A stretch of DNA of 64,000 nt from Candidatus Bathyarchaeota archaeon (GCA_020346605.1 CP070784.1:2008105-2072104), one strand, 5' to 3'; positions 53,012 to 62,748 are shown, numbered from the stretch's first letter. The notes: generated by a model from the letters alone, not told the origin. Made by a program: numbers and translations.

Positions 53012-53896
53012 TTGGAGTACGGCGCTCAATCCGAGTACGGCCGCCTCAGGAAGGTGCTGATGCACTGGCCCACGGAGGAGATGAGGAGGATCACACCGGG
53101 GAACAGGGGCTCGTACCTCTTCAGGGACGTGGTCTACTGGAAGGAGTTTCAAAGGGAACACGACGTCTTCACGGACGCGCTGAGGGGGGAGGGGGTCGTT
53201 GTGCTCCTGATGGAGGACCTCCTCCAAGAGGGGAACTCCAGGACCGCCGCGAACCTGCCCAACCTCGTCTACACGAGGGACGTATGCACAGTGAATAGTC
53301 AGAGGGCCTACACGCCGAGGGTGACCTACCAGGCCAGGTACGCCGAGCCCCTCCTCGTCGAGAGGGTGATGAAGGAGCTCGGGATCTCCATCGCCCACTG
53401 TGTCACACCTCTAGGGGTCGTCGAGGGGGGAGACTTCGTCTAGCTCAACGAGGGGACCGTGATGATGGGCTTCGACACCCGGAGCAACGAGGTCGGTGTC
53501 GAGGAGTTCGTCGCCGTCATACTGCCCTCCTTCCGAGTCCATCTGGACGGGGCGCTGATGATGGCCACCGACCTCGCCCTGTTCCACAAGGCCTCCCTCG
53601 GCCTCTTCCCGGCATATGTGTATGACCGGAATGGGGGGGTGGAGATCGCCTACTTGGAAGAGTACCTGAAGGGAAAGGGGGTGGAGCTCGTCTACGCAAA
53701 CGACACCGAGATACGGATGTTCGGCACCAACATCATCGGCCTCGGCGGGGGCAAGTGCGTCTCATACGAGTGGAACGAGATGATCATGGGAATCTTGGAG
53801 GAGCGGGGCTTCGACGTCATCGGCATACCGGGGAGCCAGCTCAGCATCGGGGGCGGCGGACCCCACTGCAGGACCTGCCCCATACTCCGGGACTGA
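53012..53896 (+). pseudogene. amidinotransferase-fold (arginine deiminase/DDAH-like) gene interrupted by in-frame TAG at 53441-53443
   Basis: The two ORFs 53012..53443 and 53459..53896 are in the same frame. Reading through gives VVEGGDFV[TAG]LNEGTVMMGFDTRSN ... GGGGPHCRTCPILRD, colinear with 38890..39759. Confidence 0.7.
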
Positions 53897-54712
53897 TCAG
53901 AGCCTCAGGCCGTTGGAGGCCCTTTTCCCGTCCACGTACAGGTTCCCCTCCCCGGCAAGTGCGAAGTGGCCCTCCGATATCATCTGGATCGAGAGCGGGA
54001 AGATCACCCAGTCACCCCTCTCCTTGAGCCTTTCCTGGTGCTCGTCGACGACCTTCCTGAGGAGCTTCCTGTCGTCGTTGAGGTCGGCTGTACTGACTCC
54101 TTCGGGGAGCTCCACGGGCACCGGCTCCGAGATGACTAGCACCTCGCCGTGGTCCACCTTCTCCCTGACGATGTGGGTGGAGGCCCTGAGCTCCGTCTCG
54201 CCCGCCAGGATGGCGTCCCTGACGACGTGGATCCCGACGTACTTCCTGTCCTCCCCGTCCATGATGGAGAGGTCGGCAGGGTGGACGTTTAGCATCCTAC
54301 CAGCGAACCGCTCCAGCAGCGGCTGCGTGGTAACGCTCATGTAGCCGGCCAGCGCAACCACGTCGATGGCGTGGGGTTCGACGGCGTCAAGGACCAGCCT
54401 GTCGAACTCCGGGCGCAGCGTCAGGTCGCCGGCCCTCTTCACCCCGCGGGCCCTGTAGAAGTCCCTGATATCGACGCACTCGTAGGCGATGCCGTGCTCC
54501 TCGGCGATGTCCTTTGCCTTGCACCTCTTGCTTCCGTCCCTCTTCAGCCTGTCGTCGCTGACGTCGGTGAAGATGAGCACTACTTCGTAGCCGGAGCCCT
54601 CACGGCGGGAGAAGTCGATGATCTTCCTAGCGTTGGTACCCGAGCCCGAGACGAAGCACGCCACGCGCATCCTCCTTCCGGAGTCTGGGGAGAAGAGGGG
54701 TGTGGGTTCCAT
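53897..54712 (-). CDS. formyltransferase (PurN-like) with C-terminal extension
   Basis: MRVACFVSGSGTNARKII, LAGYM and NVHPADLS motifs. The start may be ATG 54670 (MRVACF) rather than 54712. Confidence 0.7.
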   Translation of the reverse strand: MEPTPLFSPDSGRRMRVACFVSGSGTNARKIIDFSRREGSGYEVVLIFTDVSDDRLKRDGSKRCKAKDIAEEHGIAYECVDIRDFYRARGVKRAGDLTLRPEFDRLVLDAVEPHAIDVVALAGYMSVTTQPLLERFAGRMLNVHPADLSIMDGEDRKYVGIHVVRDAILAGETELRASTHIVREKVDHGEVLVISEPVPVELPEGVSTADLNDDRKLLRKVVDEHQERLKERGDWVIFPLSIQMISEGHFALAGEGNLYVDGKRASNGLRL

Positions 54713-54842
54713 GTTTGATAACTTGGGCCACTAATATTTGAAGAAGGTGCAGCCCGGGCCGCTCAGTTTCACCCATCTCCCCGGCCCAAGTTGATGCGTC
54801 CCATTTATAGCCTGTCGCCCGACTCAATTGGCCTGACCCATT

Positions 54843-55007
54843 ATGGCTCAGGAGACGATTATCGAGATCGCGGAAGACCCCCCAGCCGATGAGATCAATG
54901 ACGCCCTAACCGTCTGCGGGGCGTGCCACCACCTGGTGCCCAGGACGATGGTCTGCCTCTACTGCGGCGCCCCGATCCTTTTCAAGGAGCCGGGAGCCGT
55001 GAGCTAG
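54843..55007 (+). CDS. small zinc-ribbon protein (54 aa)
   Basis: MAQETIIEIAEDPPADEINDALTVCGACHHLVPRTMVCLYCGAPILFKEPGAVS, with CxxC-x11-CxxC. Below the ORF-track cutoff. Confidence 0.4.
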   Translation: MAQETIIEIAEDPPADEINDALTVCGACHHLVPRTMVCLYCGAPILFKEPGAVS

Positions 55008-55052
55008 CGAGTTGTTTTATACTTTCTGAAACACCTGTTTCCTCGAACCAAG

Positions 55053-55895
55053 TTGTCAGACAAAGTGGAGAAGGTTTTCATAACCATAGACATGGAGGGG
55101 ATCAGCGGCATCGTCGACGGACGTCAGACGGGACGTGATCCAGGAGAGTACGCGACCGGCCGGAAGCTGATGGTGGGCGATCTCAACGCCGCCGTCGAGG
55201 GAGCCCTTGCAGCGGGCGTCAAGGAGGTCGTCGTCTCCGACGCCCACGGGGGCATGAAGAATGTCCAGCCCGAGGAGGTGCACGAGGAGGCGTACCTCAT
55301 CAGGGGCTCGCCCAAGCCCTGGTCGATGATGGAGGGGATCGGCGACGAGTTCGACGCAGCCCTCTACGTCGGCTACCACGCCATGAAGGGAACGGAGAAC
55401 GGCATCCTCGCCCACACTATCTCCGGGGGAACCGTGGACGGCATCTGGATCAACGGCAGGGAGACCGGGGAGTTCGGTCTCAACGCCGCCCTCGCGGGCT
55501 GGCACGGCGTCTCCTCGGTGTTTATAGCGGGCGACGCAGCCGTCGCGGCGGAGGCCAGATCCTTCGTCCCCAACATCAGCGCTGCGGTGGTCAAGTGGGG
55601 CGTCGGGAGGCAGGCGGCCAAGTGCCTCAACCCGAAGAAGGCGAGGGCCCTCATCAAGAAGACAGTGACCGAGGCGCTGGGAACCGTCGGGAGCGTCCAG
55701 CCCTTCGTGGTCGACGAGCCCGTCGAGTTCAAGCTCAGGTTCACCAACTCGGTGGGAGGCGACGCAGCTGGGATGCTGCCCTATGCAGAGAGAATCGACG
55801 GCAGGACCATAAAGGCGACCTTCGACGACTACCCTCTGGCCATGAGGGGGCTCAGGGGCGCCATCTCCCTGGGCGGCGGCGCCCTGCGCCGCTGA
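55053..55895 (+). CDS. M55-family D-aminopeptidase (DppA-like)
   Basis: 280 aa with KVFITIDMEGISGIV at the N-terminus, the hallmark of peptidase M55. Start is TTG 55053 or GTG 55065. Confidence 0.85.
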   Translation: MSDKVEKVFITIDMEGISGIVDGRQTGRDPGEYATGRKLMVGDLNAAVEGALAAGVKEVVVSDAHGGMKNVQPEEVHEEAYLIRGSPKPWSMMEGIGDEFDAALYVGYHAMKGTENGILAHTISGGTVDGIWINGRETGEFGLNAALAGWHGVSSVFIAGDAAVAAEARSFVPNISAAVVKWGVGRQAAKCLNPKKARALIKKTVTEALGTVGSVQPFVVDEPVEFKLRFTNSVGGDAAGMLPYAERIDGRTIKATFDDYPLAMRGLRGAISLGGGALRR

Positions 55896-55960
55896 ACCCC
55901 ATTTTTCTAATGTTTTTCGAGCAAAAACGTTTTATGCAACGGCCCTCCCGTGAGTGAGAA

Positions 55961-56539
55961 ATGGACCTGACGCCCCTGCTGGCCTCCTTCGCGCTTTTCT
56001 CGCTGATGGAGTTCGGGGACAAGACTCACATCGCTGTCATAACGCTGTCCATGAAGAACCGGGCGGTGGACGTCTTCGTCGGGGCCCTCGCCGCCTTCGC
56101 GATCGTGGACGGCGCCAGCGTCCTCCTGGGGGGTTTCATCGCGGACCTGCTGCCTACCTACTGGATCAACGTCGGCTCGGGCATCCTCTTCCTCGTCTTC
56201 GGCGTCCTCACCCTCATCGGCAAGGAGGAGGAAGGGGAGGTCGTGGAGGGGAAGAAGAACGCTATAATCTCCGCCCTGAGCCTGGTCACACTGATGGAGC
56301 TGGGGGACAAGACGCAGTTCACCTCCTTCGTCCTGGCGGCCCGCTACGGTAGCCCGCTCCTCGTCTTCCTGGGCATCATGCTGGGCTCCGCCCTCATCAC
56401 GGGCAGCGGCGTCGTCATCGGTAAGGGGCTGCTCAAGATCGTGCCTGAGCGCTACATGAGATACATCGCAGCAGCGTTGTTTATCCTGTTCGGGGTCGTC
56501 TTCCTAGCCGGCGCCCTCCTGGGAATCGAGATCCTCTAG
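55961..56539 (+). CDS. GDT1/TMEM165 (UPF0016) family cation transporter
   Basis: 192 aa, 6 TM, with two E-x-G-D-K-T motifs (EFGDKTH, ELGDKTQ). Confidence 0.85.
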   Translation: MDLTPLLASFALFSLMEFGDKTHIAVITLSMKNRAVDVFVGALAAFAIVDGASVLLGGFIADLLPTYWINVGSGILFLVFGVLTLIGKEEEGEVVEGKKNAIISALSLVTLMELGDKTQFTSFVLAARYGSPLLVFLGIMLGSALITGSGVVIGKGLLKIVPERYMRYIAAALFILFGVVFLAGALLGIEIL

Positions 56540-56592
56540 CACCCGGGGCCGGCCCAAGGAAACTATTTTGAGGCGCCGTACGACTCCCTGAG

Positions 56593-57114
56593 ATGGGAGA
56601 GAACCAAGTGAGTATCGGCGACCGCAAGATCGTCCTCGTAGCAGCGCTAATCCTAGTCTCAGGGCTGGCCTGGTGGTACATGGGAGCCAGAGGGCCGGAA
56701 GAGGGAATCATGGTTGGTTCGAGGGCGCAGGACTTCACAGTGGTGGGCCTCGAAGGCGACAGCTTCGTCCTCGCCGAGCATCGAGGCGAGCTGGTGATCA
56801 TCGACTTTATGACGACGTGGTGCGGGCCGTGCGAGCTCCAGCTACGGGAGCTCGAGGAGCTCTACGACAGCGGCAGCGGGTTCAGAATCATCTCTGTGGA
56901 GATCGACCCGACGCTCCGTGAGCAAGCCTTCCAAGTCTGGGCGACCGACAAGGGGTTCAAGTGGCTAGTCGGCCAGTCCCCGGAGGCTGGCAGACAGTAC
57001 AAGGTGGGCACCATACCCACAATTGTCGTCGTGGACAAGGAGGGCGAAATCGTGTACAAGGCCAACTTCACGACGTTCGAGCAGCTCAGGAGCCTCGTAG
57101 AGCAACACGGCTAA
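56593..57114 (+). CDS. membrane-anchored TlpA-like thiol:disulfide oxidoreductase
   Basis: 173 aa with an N-terminal TM helix and a thioredoxin fold carrying WCGPC. Confidence 0.8.
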   Translation: MGENQVSIGDRKIVLVAALILVSGLAWWYMGARGPEEGIMVGSRAQDFTVVGLEGDSFVLAEHRGELVIIDFMTTWCGPCELQLRELEELYDSGSGFRIISVEIDPTLREQAFQVWATDKGFKWLVGQSPEAGRQYKVGTIPTIVVVDKEGEIVYKANFTTFEQLRSLVEQHG

Positions 57115-57230
57115 CCAGCCCACGCCCAGTACAGCCCAAATCCTCAGACTGGTAGGCTCCGGAGCCCGGTCGACGCCCAGTGCAACAGTTTTATGGAGTC
57201 CAGCTGTAATGGTCGATCGATGGGATTCTG

Positions 57231-58520
57231 ATGGATCCTCGGATTGTGTTGATCGGCGCCGGGAGCAGCGAGTTCGGCTTCAACTCCGTGCTCGACGCCC
57301 TGAACATCGAACAACTGCGCGGGTGCAACCTTGTACTCCACGACATCGACGCCGGTAGGCTGGAGACGATGGCGAGCCTCGCTGGGAGGATGGTGGAGGC
57401 GACGGGATCGGGGATCGAGCTGGAGTCGACCATCGACAGGATGGAGGCCCTCGCGGGCGCCGACTTCGTCGTCCTCTCCATCGAGGTGGACAGGATAAAC
57501 AGGTGGAGGATGGACTGGGAGATCCCCTTCAAGCACGGGATCAGGCAGGTCATCGGCGAGAACGGCGGCCCCGGTGGACTCTTCCATACCCTCCGGAACG
57601 TGCCCCCCATCCTTGCGATCTGCCGTGACATGGAGGATCTCTGCCCCGATGCCCTGCTCTTCAGCTATACTAACCCCGTCTCACGTCTCTGCCTCACCAT
57701 CGACAGGTACACAGAGATCAGGTCCGTGGGGCTCTGCCACGAGGTGGAGCACCAGATGCGGCGCCTCTCCAAGGTGATGGGCGTCCCTACGGCTATCGTC
57801 GATGCGGTCTCCGCTGGACTCAACCACTTCAGCTGGTTCTTGGAGCTGCGGCTCAAGGACGGCGAGGACGCCTACCCCATGCTCAACGAGGGGCTCAAGA
57901 GTGTGGAGCACGGCTTCCAACCGCTCTGCCGGGCTATGTACGACAAGTTCGGCCTCTACCCCTCAACGGACGACAACCACATGGGGGAGTACCTGGCCTA
58001 CGGGTGGCAGGCCTGCCCCGAGGTGGACAGGAGCCCCAGCTGGATAGACAGGATGGAGGCGTCGGGCAACGAGAAGTGGCTCGGCGTCAAGAGGATCATC
58101 GACGGCGTGGACCCCCTGGACGTGGAGGGGCGCCTCTCCGGGGAGAGGGTGATGCCCATCATCGCCGGCATCGTATCCAACAGCCGCCACCTGGAGTACC
58201 AGGTGAACCTCCCCAACGAGGGGCAGGTGAGCAACCTCATCGAGGGCGCCGTGGTCGAGAGCCCCGCCGTCGTCGACGGCAGCGGAGTCCACCCCGTCCA
58301 CGTGGGCCCCCTCCCCGACGGGCTCGCAGCCCTCTGCAACATCCAGATCATGGTGCAGGACCTCGTCGTGGAGGCCGCAGTCAACGGCGACAGGGAGATC
58401 GCCCTCCAGGCGATGCTCGCCGACCCAGTGGTGCAGGACCTGCAGGCGGCGAGGCTGGCCTTCGAAGAGCTTATGGAGGCCCACGCCGATCTCCTACCCC
58501 AATTCATGGAGGAGAGCTGA
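57231..58520 (+). CDS. glycoside hydrolase family 4 (NAD/Mn-dependent)
   Basis: 429 aa with Rossmann IVLIGAGSSEFG and a GLCHE motif. Confidence 0.8.
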   Translation: MDPRIVLIGAGSSEFGFNSVLDALNIEQLRGCNLVLHDIDAGRLETMASLAGRMVEATGSGIELESTIDRMEALAGADFVVLSIEVDRINRWRMDWEIPFKHGIRQVIGENGGPGGLFHTLRNVPPILAICRDMEDLCPDALLFSYTNPVSRLCLTIDRYTEIRSVGLCHEVEHQMRRLSKVMGVPTAIVDAVSAGLNHFSWFLELRLKDGEDAYPMLNEGLKSVEHGFQPLCRAMYDKFGLYPSTDDNHMGEYLAYGWQACPEVDRSPSWIDRMEASGNEKWLGVKRIIDGVDPLDVEGRLSGERVMPIIAGIVSNSRHLEYQVNLPNEGQVSNLIEGAVVESPAVVDGSGVHPVHVGPLPDGLAALCNIQIMVQDLVVEAAVNGDREIALQAMLADPVVQDLQAARLAFEELMEAHADLLPQFMEES

Positions 58521-59237
58521 TTGCACATAGTGTTCATCGGGGCGCACCCCGACGACGAGACGTCGGCCAGCGGCACCATCGCCAAGTACACCGCCCAAGA
58601 CCACAGGGCCACCATCGTGATGGCGACCCGTGGCGGACGGGGCCACTGGAAGATCCCCAGCGACGAGCTGGAGGCGATCCGGGAGGAGGAGATGGGGAAT
58701 GCGGCGGAGATCCTAGGGGCGAAGGTCAGGTTCCTGGACCACAGGGACGCCGACGTCCCCGGTGGAGACGCTTTCAGGGAGGAACTCGTGGACGTGGTTA
58801 GGGAGCTGAAGCCGGACGTGGTCATCACCTTCCACCCGCAGGTGTGGAGGGACGACCACAGGAGGGTAGGCCTGGCCGCGGCGGACGCCTGCTTCAAGGC
58901 CTGCCTCCCCCTGGTGGAGACCCGGTTCCCGGCGCACAGGCCGGTGCCGGACATCTACTTCATCGGTAGGCCCATGGTCCCCGTGGAGCCGGACACGTAC
59001 ATCGACATCACCGACCACATGAAAGTCAAGCTCGAGGCCTTCAGGCAGCACAGGAGCCAGTGGGTGAAGTGGGACATCGACGATGACGACAGCACCATGC
59101 CCATCGAGGAGATCGAGGCCATGATGCGCCACAGGGCCCGGCAGCGCGGCATGGAGTCAGGGGTCACCTACGCAGAGGCCTTCATCTCGCAGTACCTCCG
59201 CAAGAGGGCCCTCGACTTTTTCCCGCTGAAGCGGTGA
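58521..59237 (+). CDS. PIG-L/LmbE-family deacetylase
   Basis: 238 aa with FIGAHPDDETSASG, HRSQ and TYAEAF. The TTG start directly abuts the GH4 stop. Confidence 0.85.
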   Translation: MHIVFIGAHPDDETSASGTIAKYTAQDHRATIVMATRGGRGHWKIPSDELEAIREEEMGNAAEILGAKVRFLDHRDADVPGGDAFREELVDVVRELKPDVVITFHPQVWRDDHRRVGLAAADACFKACLPLVETRFPAHRPVPDIYFIGRPMVPVEPDTYIDITDHMKVKLEAFRQHRSQWVKWDIDDDDSTMPIEEIEAMMRHRARQRGMESGVTYAEAFISQYLRKRALDFFPLKR

Positions 59238-59277
59238 CCCCCAAGGACCGCTATTGTCCCGCCTCTCCACTCAAGAA

Positions 59278-59290
59278 GGAAAAAAATGTG
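59278..59290 (-). terminator. oligo-T tract after the FTR1 gene
   Basis: On the minus strand a T7 run (59280-59286) lies 14 nt after the stop. Confidence 0.45.
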
Positions 59291-59299
59291 TAAGAATTC

Positions 59300-60160
59300 C
59301 TAGATGTTGCCCCTGTTCCTGGTGTACAGGTAGTATCCGATGACGGCCCAGTATCCCAGATAGACGATCACCCTGAGCCACTCAGGATTGCCGTCGTAGC
59401 CCACCAGCGCCTTTAGTATCGACCCGACAACCCCCTTCTCGTGGAGCGCCGGGTAGCTGCCATCGGGGTTCACAGGCGGGTTCACGTCGAAGGCGGGCTC
59501 CCCGAGGGGGCCGAGGTCGACGCCGACCTTCTCCCCAGCCTCGATGAGCTCGTGGACCCCGTAGCCGGCCAAGCCAGCGGCGAAGACCACCAGCAGTATA
59601 CTGGTGTAGGTGAAGAACGCCTTGACGTCGAGCCTGCGTGTGCCCCTGACCAGGAACACCGCCAGCACCAGCACGATGGCGCTCCCGGCGAGCAGCCCGA
59701 TCAGGGTCCCCGTGGGGTCCTGGAAGAAGGACGTGGAGAGGAAGAGCACGGTCTCCAGCCCCTCCCGGAAGACGGCGACGAAGCTCAGGGCAGCGATTCC
59801 GTAGAGCTCGCCTGAACCGATGGCGACTTCGATGTTCTCCTCTAGCTCGCCCCTGATGCCCCTGGAGTGCTTGATCATCCAGAGGATCATGTAGGTGAGC
59901 ACCGCCACTGCCGTCAGTGACGCCACGCCCTCGAAGAGCTCGGCAGCGAACTCGTCGAGGCCTCCGTAGACCACCTGCAGGGCGATGCCCAGCATCAGGC
60001 TGACGGCGATCGCCGCACCGGCTCCGAGGTAGGCGTAGGCATTAAGGCGCTCCTTTCCCACTCTCCTGAGGTAGGATACCATGATGGCGACTATCAGCGC
60101 CGCCTCCAAGGCCTCCCTGAAGGTGATCAGCAGGCTTGGGAATAGTCCTTCATACATCAT
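59300..60160 (-). CDS. FTR1-family high-affinity iron permease
   Basis: 286 aa, about 7 TM, with two REXLE motifs (REALEA, REGLET). Confidence 0.85.
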   Translation of the reverse strand: MMYEGLFPSLLITFREALEAALIVAIMVSYLRRVGKERLNAYAYLGAGAAIAVSLMLGIALQVVYGGLDEFAAELFEGVASLTAVAVLTYMILWMIKHSRGIRGELEENIEVAIGSGELYGIAALSFVAVFREGLETVLFLSTSFFQDPTGTLIGLLAGSAIVLVLAVFLVRGTRRLDVKAFFTYTSILLVVFAAGLAGYGVHELIEAGEKVGVDLGPLGEPAFDVNPPVNPDGSYPALHEKGVVGSILKALVGYDGNPEWLRVIVYLGYWAVIGYYLYTRNRGNI

Positions 60161-60172
60161 TTTAACGCACCA

Positions 60173-60192
60173 AATTTAGGCTGTCCTAAATT
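60173..60192. promoter_or_regulatory. 8-4-8 perfect palindrome in the FTR1 promoter
   Basis: AATTTAGGctgtCCTAAATT, 13-32 nt upstream of the FTR1 ATG (60160), occupying the expected TATA position. Confidence 0.5.
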
Positions 60193-60277
60193 CCTTCTCC
60201 CGCTACACCCTTGAACCGTCGTATATATACCTTTCACACGGCGACGACGCCCAGACGGAAAAAGGCTTAATGCCCGC

Positions 60278-61165
60278 TTGGCGCAAGATAGTTTGGTCTC
60301 AAGGTTGTCTACATCACTACTTGAGAGGGAGAGCAACTGGAGGCGGGGGTCGATCCCCAGGGTCGATTACCACTGCCACATTTCCATGACGGAGTACTCG
60401 GACATCGAGCACCCCACCGTGGTCTCGGTCACACTGGAGGAGTTCCTCGCGGACCTCGACGAGGCTGGAATCGAGAAGGCTGTGGTCCTAGCCGACGGCA
60501 GGACAACCCCGGAGCAGGTTTCGGCGTTCGTGGGACAGGCGCCGGAGAGGCTGATAGGCTTCGGATACGTTAACCCCGTGGAACAGGGGGCCTCCGACGA
60601 GGTACGGCGCCAGAGGAACGAGCTGTCGCTCTTCGGATTGAAGCTCTACCCGACATCCGACGGATTCCGTGTCAACGACGAGAGGGCCTTCGAGGTCTAC
60701 GAGGCCGCAACCGATCTGGGGATGCCGGTGATGTTCCACCACGCGGGGATGCCGTCGCCGGGGGACCTGCTAAGGCACTCCGACCCCGCTCTCATCGACG
60801 AGGTGGCGCACAGCTTTCCCGGGCTCAAGGTCGTCCTCGCCCACCTGGGCTACCCCAGGGTTGACGAGACCCTCTATGTCGCCAGGAAGCACAGGAACGT
60901 CTGGTGCGACGTGAGCTGGCCCTACGGGGATGTCAACCATCCGAGCTACGCTTACATGCTCTGGAGGGACCTTTTGACCGCGCTGAACCTGGGCGTGTTG
61001 AACAAGATGGTGTTCGGTACCGACTACCCGGGGGTCCGGCAGAGGCCCTACGTGGACCTGCTAATGTCCGTCAACAGGTACGCGCCCCACCCCGATCTCA
61101 GGATACCCGAGGAGAGGCTAACAGCCATCCTTGACGAGAACGTCAAACCACTGCTACCGGATTGA
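60278..61165 (+). CDS. amidohydrolase_2-type metal-dependent hydrolase
   Basis: 295 aa with VDYHCH, FHHAG, VLAHLG and GTDYP motifs. The TTG start is uncertain. Confidence 0.7.
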   Translation: MAQDSLVSRLSTSLLERESNWRRGSIPRVDYHCHISMTEYSDIEHPTVVSVTLEEFLADLDEAGIEKAVVLADGRTTPEQVSAFVGQAPERLIGFGYVNPVEQGASDEVRRQRNELSLFGLKLYPTSDGFRVNDERAFEVYEAATDLGMPVMFHHAGMPSPGDLLRHSDPALIDEVAHSFPGLKVVLAHLGYPRVDETLYVARKHRNVWCDVSWPYGDVNHPSYAYMLWRDLLTALNLGVLNKMVFGTDYPGVRQRPYVDLLMSVNRYAPHPDLRIPEERLTAILDENVKPLLPD

Positions 61166-61249
61166 AATCACACGCATGTCGCAGATGAGAGGCGTAGTTT
61201 TTCCTCCGTACTACCGGCGGCCAGTACCGGCGTTGGGATCAGGTTTATA

Positions 61250-62512
61250 TTGAACATCCCTGCGAGTGAGGAGGAAGGGGTTCTACCGAACCCGCTGGCC
61301 ATATCGCCTCCCCAACGATACCCGGATGGTTCAACCATGGTAGAACCCCAACGCTCCAACAGCAACACCCTTCTGGCCTTCCTCGCCTCCACCCACTTCA
61401 TCATCCACGTCTACACGCAGCTCCTCCCTGTGCTGCTGCTACCGCTGAGGGACGAGCTCGGCGTCAGCCTGGTGCAGATAAGCCTGCTGGCCTCTGTCCC
61501 CCGGCTCCTCAACGTCGTCACGTACATCCCGTCGGGGATCACCGCCGACAGGTACCCCGCGCTCATCCTGACGGCGAGCTTCGTCGTCACCGCCCTAGGG
61601 GCCCTGTTGATACCGATCTCCAAGGATTTCAACTTCATACTGGTCGGGTTCGCGCTCCTCTCCCTCGGATCCACCCTGTACCACCCCCCAAGCCTGAAGC
61701 TGGCGAGCGAGTCCGACGCCCGCAGGATGAGCCTGGCTATGGGGATCCATAATGCCGGCGCCAGCCTTGGGTTCGCCGCGGGGCCGCTTCTGGTCGGCGC
61801 GCTAATGCCGAAGTTGGGCTGGAGAACCTCGTTCTTCATCTGGGTGCCTCTGACCCTGACTATGGCTGGGATCTCCTTCGTCTACGGCACGAGGAGGCTC
61901 CGGTCGAGTGAGGCCGAACCCGGGGCCCCCCTGCTTGAGGGAGGATTGAAGTCGATCCTGACCCTCGGCTTCGTCACAGTGGTCGCCATGTCCGTGCTGG
62001 TTGAGGGGACTTTCAACGTGCTCTTCACGTTCATGCCCACCTATTTCACCCTGGAGAGGGGTATGTCCTACGGCCTGGCGAGCGTAATCTCCGGGCTGGG
62101 GCCCCTCACCGGCCTCGTCGGCTCCTTCGCCGGTGGGTTCTCCGGGGACAGGTTCGGCAGGTACAGGATGGGCGTCGTCGTGCTCCTCGCCGTCTCCGCG
62201 CTCATGGCGCTCTTCCCCTACTCGACAGGGCTCTGGACCCTCGCCGCTGCCTACGCCGTGTATAGGTGCCTGCAGGCGGCGTTCATGCCTCTGATGAACT
62301 CGATGATCGCCGCCCACAGCAGCCCCGAGCGCAGGAGCCTCTCCTTCAGCATCAACTTCGTGGCGGTAAACGTGTTCGGCGCAGTCGTCCCCACGGCGAC
62401 CTCCGTCCTCATCGAGAGGTATGGTACCACCGTCATCTTCCCCATCTCCATCGCGGCGCTGGTACCCACCATGGGGCTCATAGTACTGCTGGGGAAGATA
62501 AGAAAGACCTGA
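61250..62512 (+). CDS. MFS transporter
   Basis: 420 aa with about 12 helices and loop motifs GITADRYP and GGFSGDRFGRYR. The start could be ATG 61337. Confidence 0.8.
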   Translation: MNIPASEEEGVLPNPLAISPPQRYPDGSTMVEPQRSNSNTLLAFLASTHFIIHVYTQLLPVLLLPLRDELGVSLVQISLLASVPRLLNVVTYIPSGITADRYPALILTASFVVTALGALLIPISKDFNFILVGFALLSLGSTLYHPPSLKLASESDARRMSLAMGIHNAGASLGFAAGPLLVGALMPKLGWRTSFFIWVPLTLTMAGISFVYGTRRLRSSEAEPGAPLLEGGLKSILTLGFVTVVAMSVLVEGTFNVLFTFMPTYFTLERGMSYGLASVISGLGPLTGLVGSFAGGFSGDRFGRYRMGVVVLLAVSALMALFPYSTGLWTLAAAYAVYRCLQAAFMPLMNSMIAAHSSPERRSLSFSINFVAVNVFGAVVPTATSVLIERYGTTVIFPISIAALVPTMGLIVLLGKIRKT

Positions 62513-62725
62513 CAAAGCTCGCCACCGATTAAAGACAATCTCTTTCATCAAGAATAACTGTAATTCGTCGAATCTGACTTCACAGTCTTAATGTGATGAT
62601 AACAAGAGGGGGATCGCGAACACAGACAGGCGTGGATCAGGGCGGTTACACGCCCCTCAAAATGCATGCTTCCCCATGACATAGTGACATATTTAGATGA
62701 TTGGGTTTGTCGCATACGCGTTGTT

Positions 62726-62735
62726 AAAGAAAAAA
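62726..62735 (-). terminator. oligo-T tract after the collagen-like gene
   Basis: On the minus strand TTTTTTCTTT lies 14 nt after the stop at 62749. Confidence 0.4.
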
Positions 62736-62748
62736 GCAGGTAGCGTTG

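Noticed and set aside
53441-53443. Reading the in-frame TAG as pyrrolysine.
   Set aside because: TAG is used as the ordinary stop of many conserved genes in this window, including both S9 peptidases, M20, bshA/bshC, FNR-like and FTR1. No pyl genes are present here. The aligned residue in the paralogue is Trp, which fits a simple TGG to TAG mutation.
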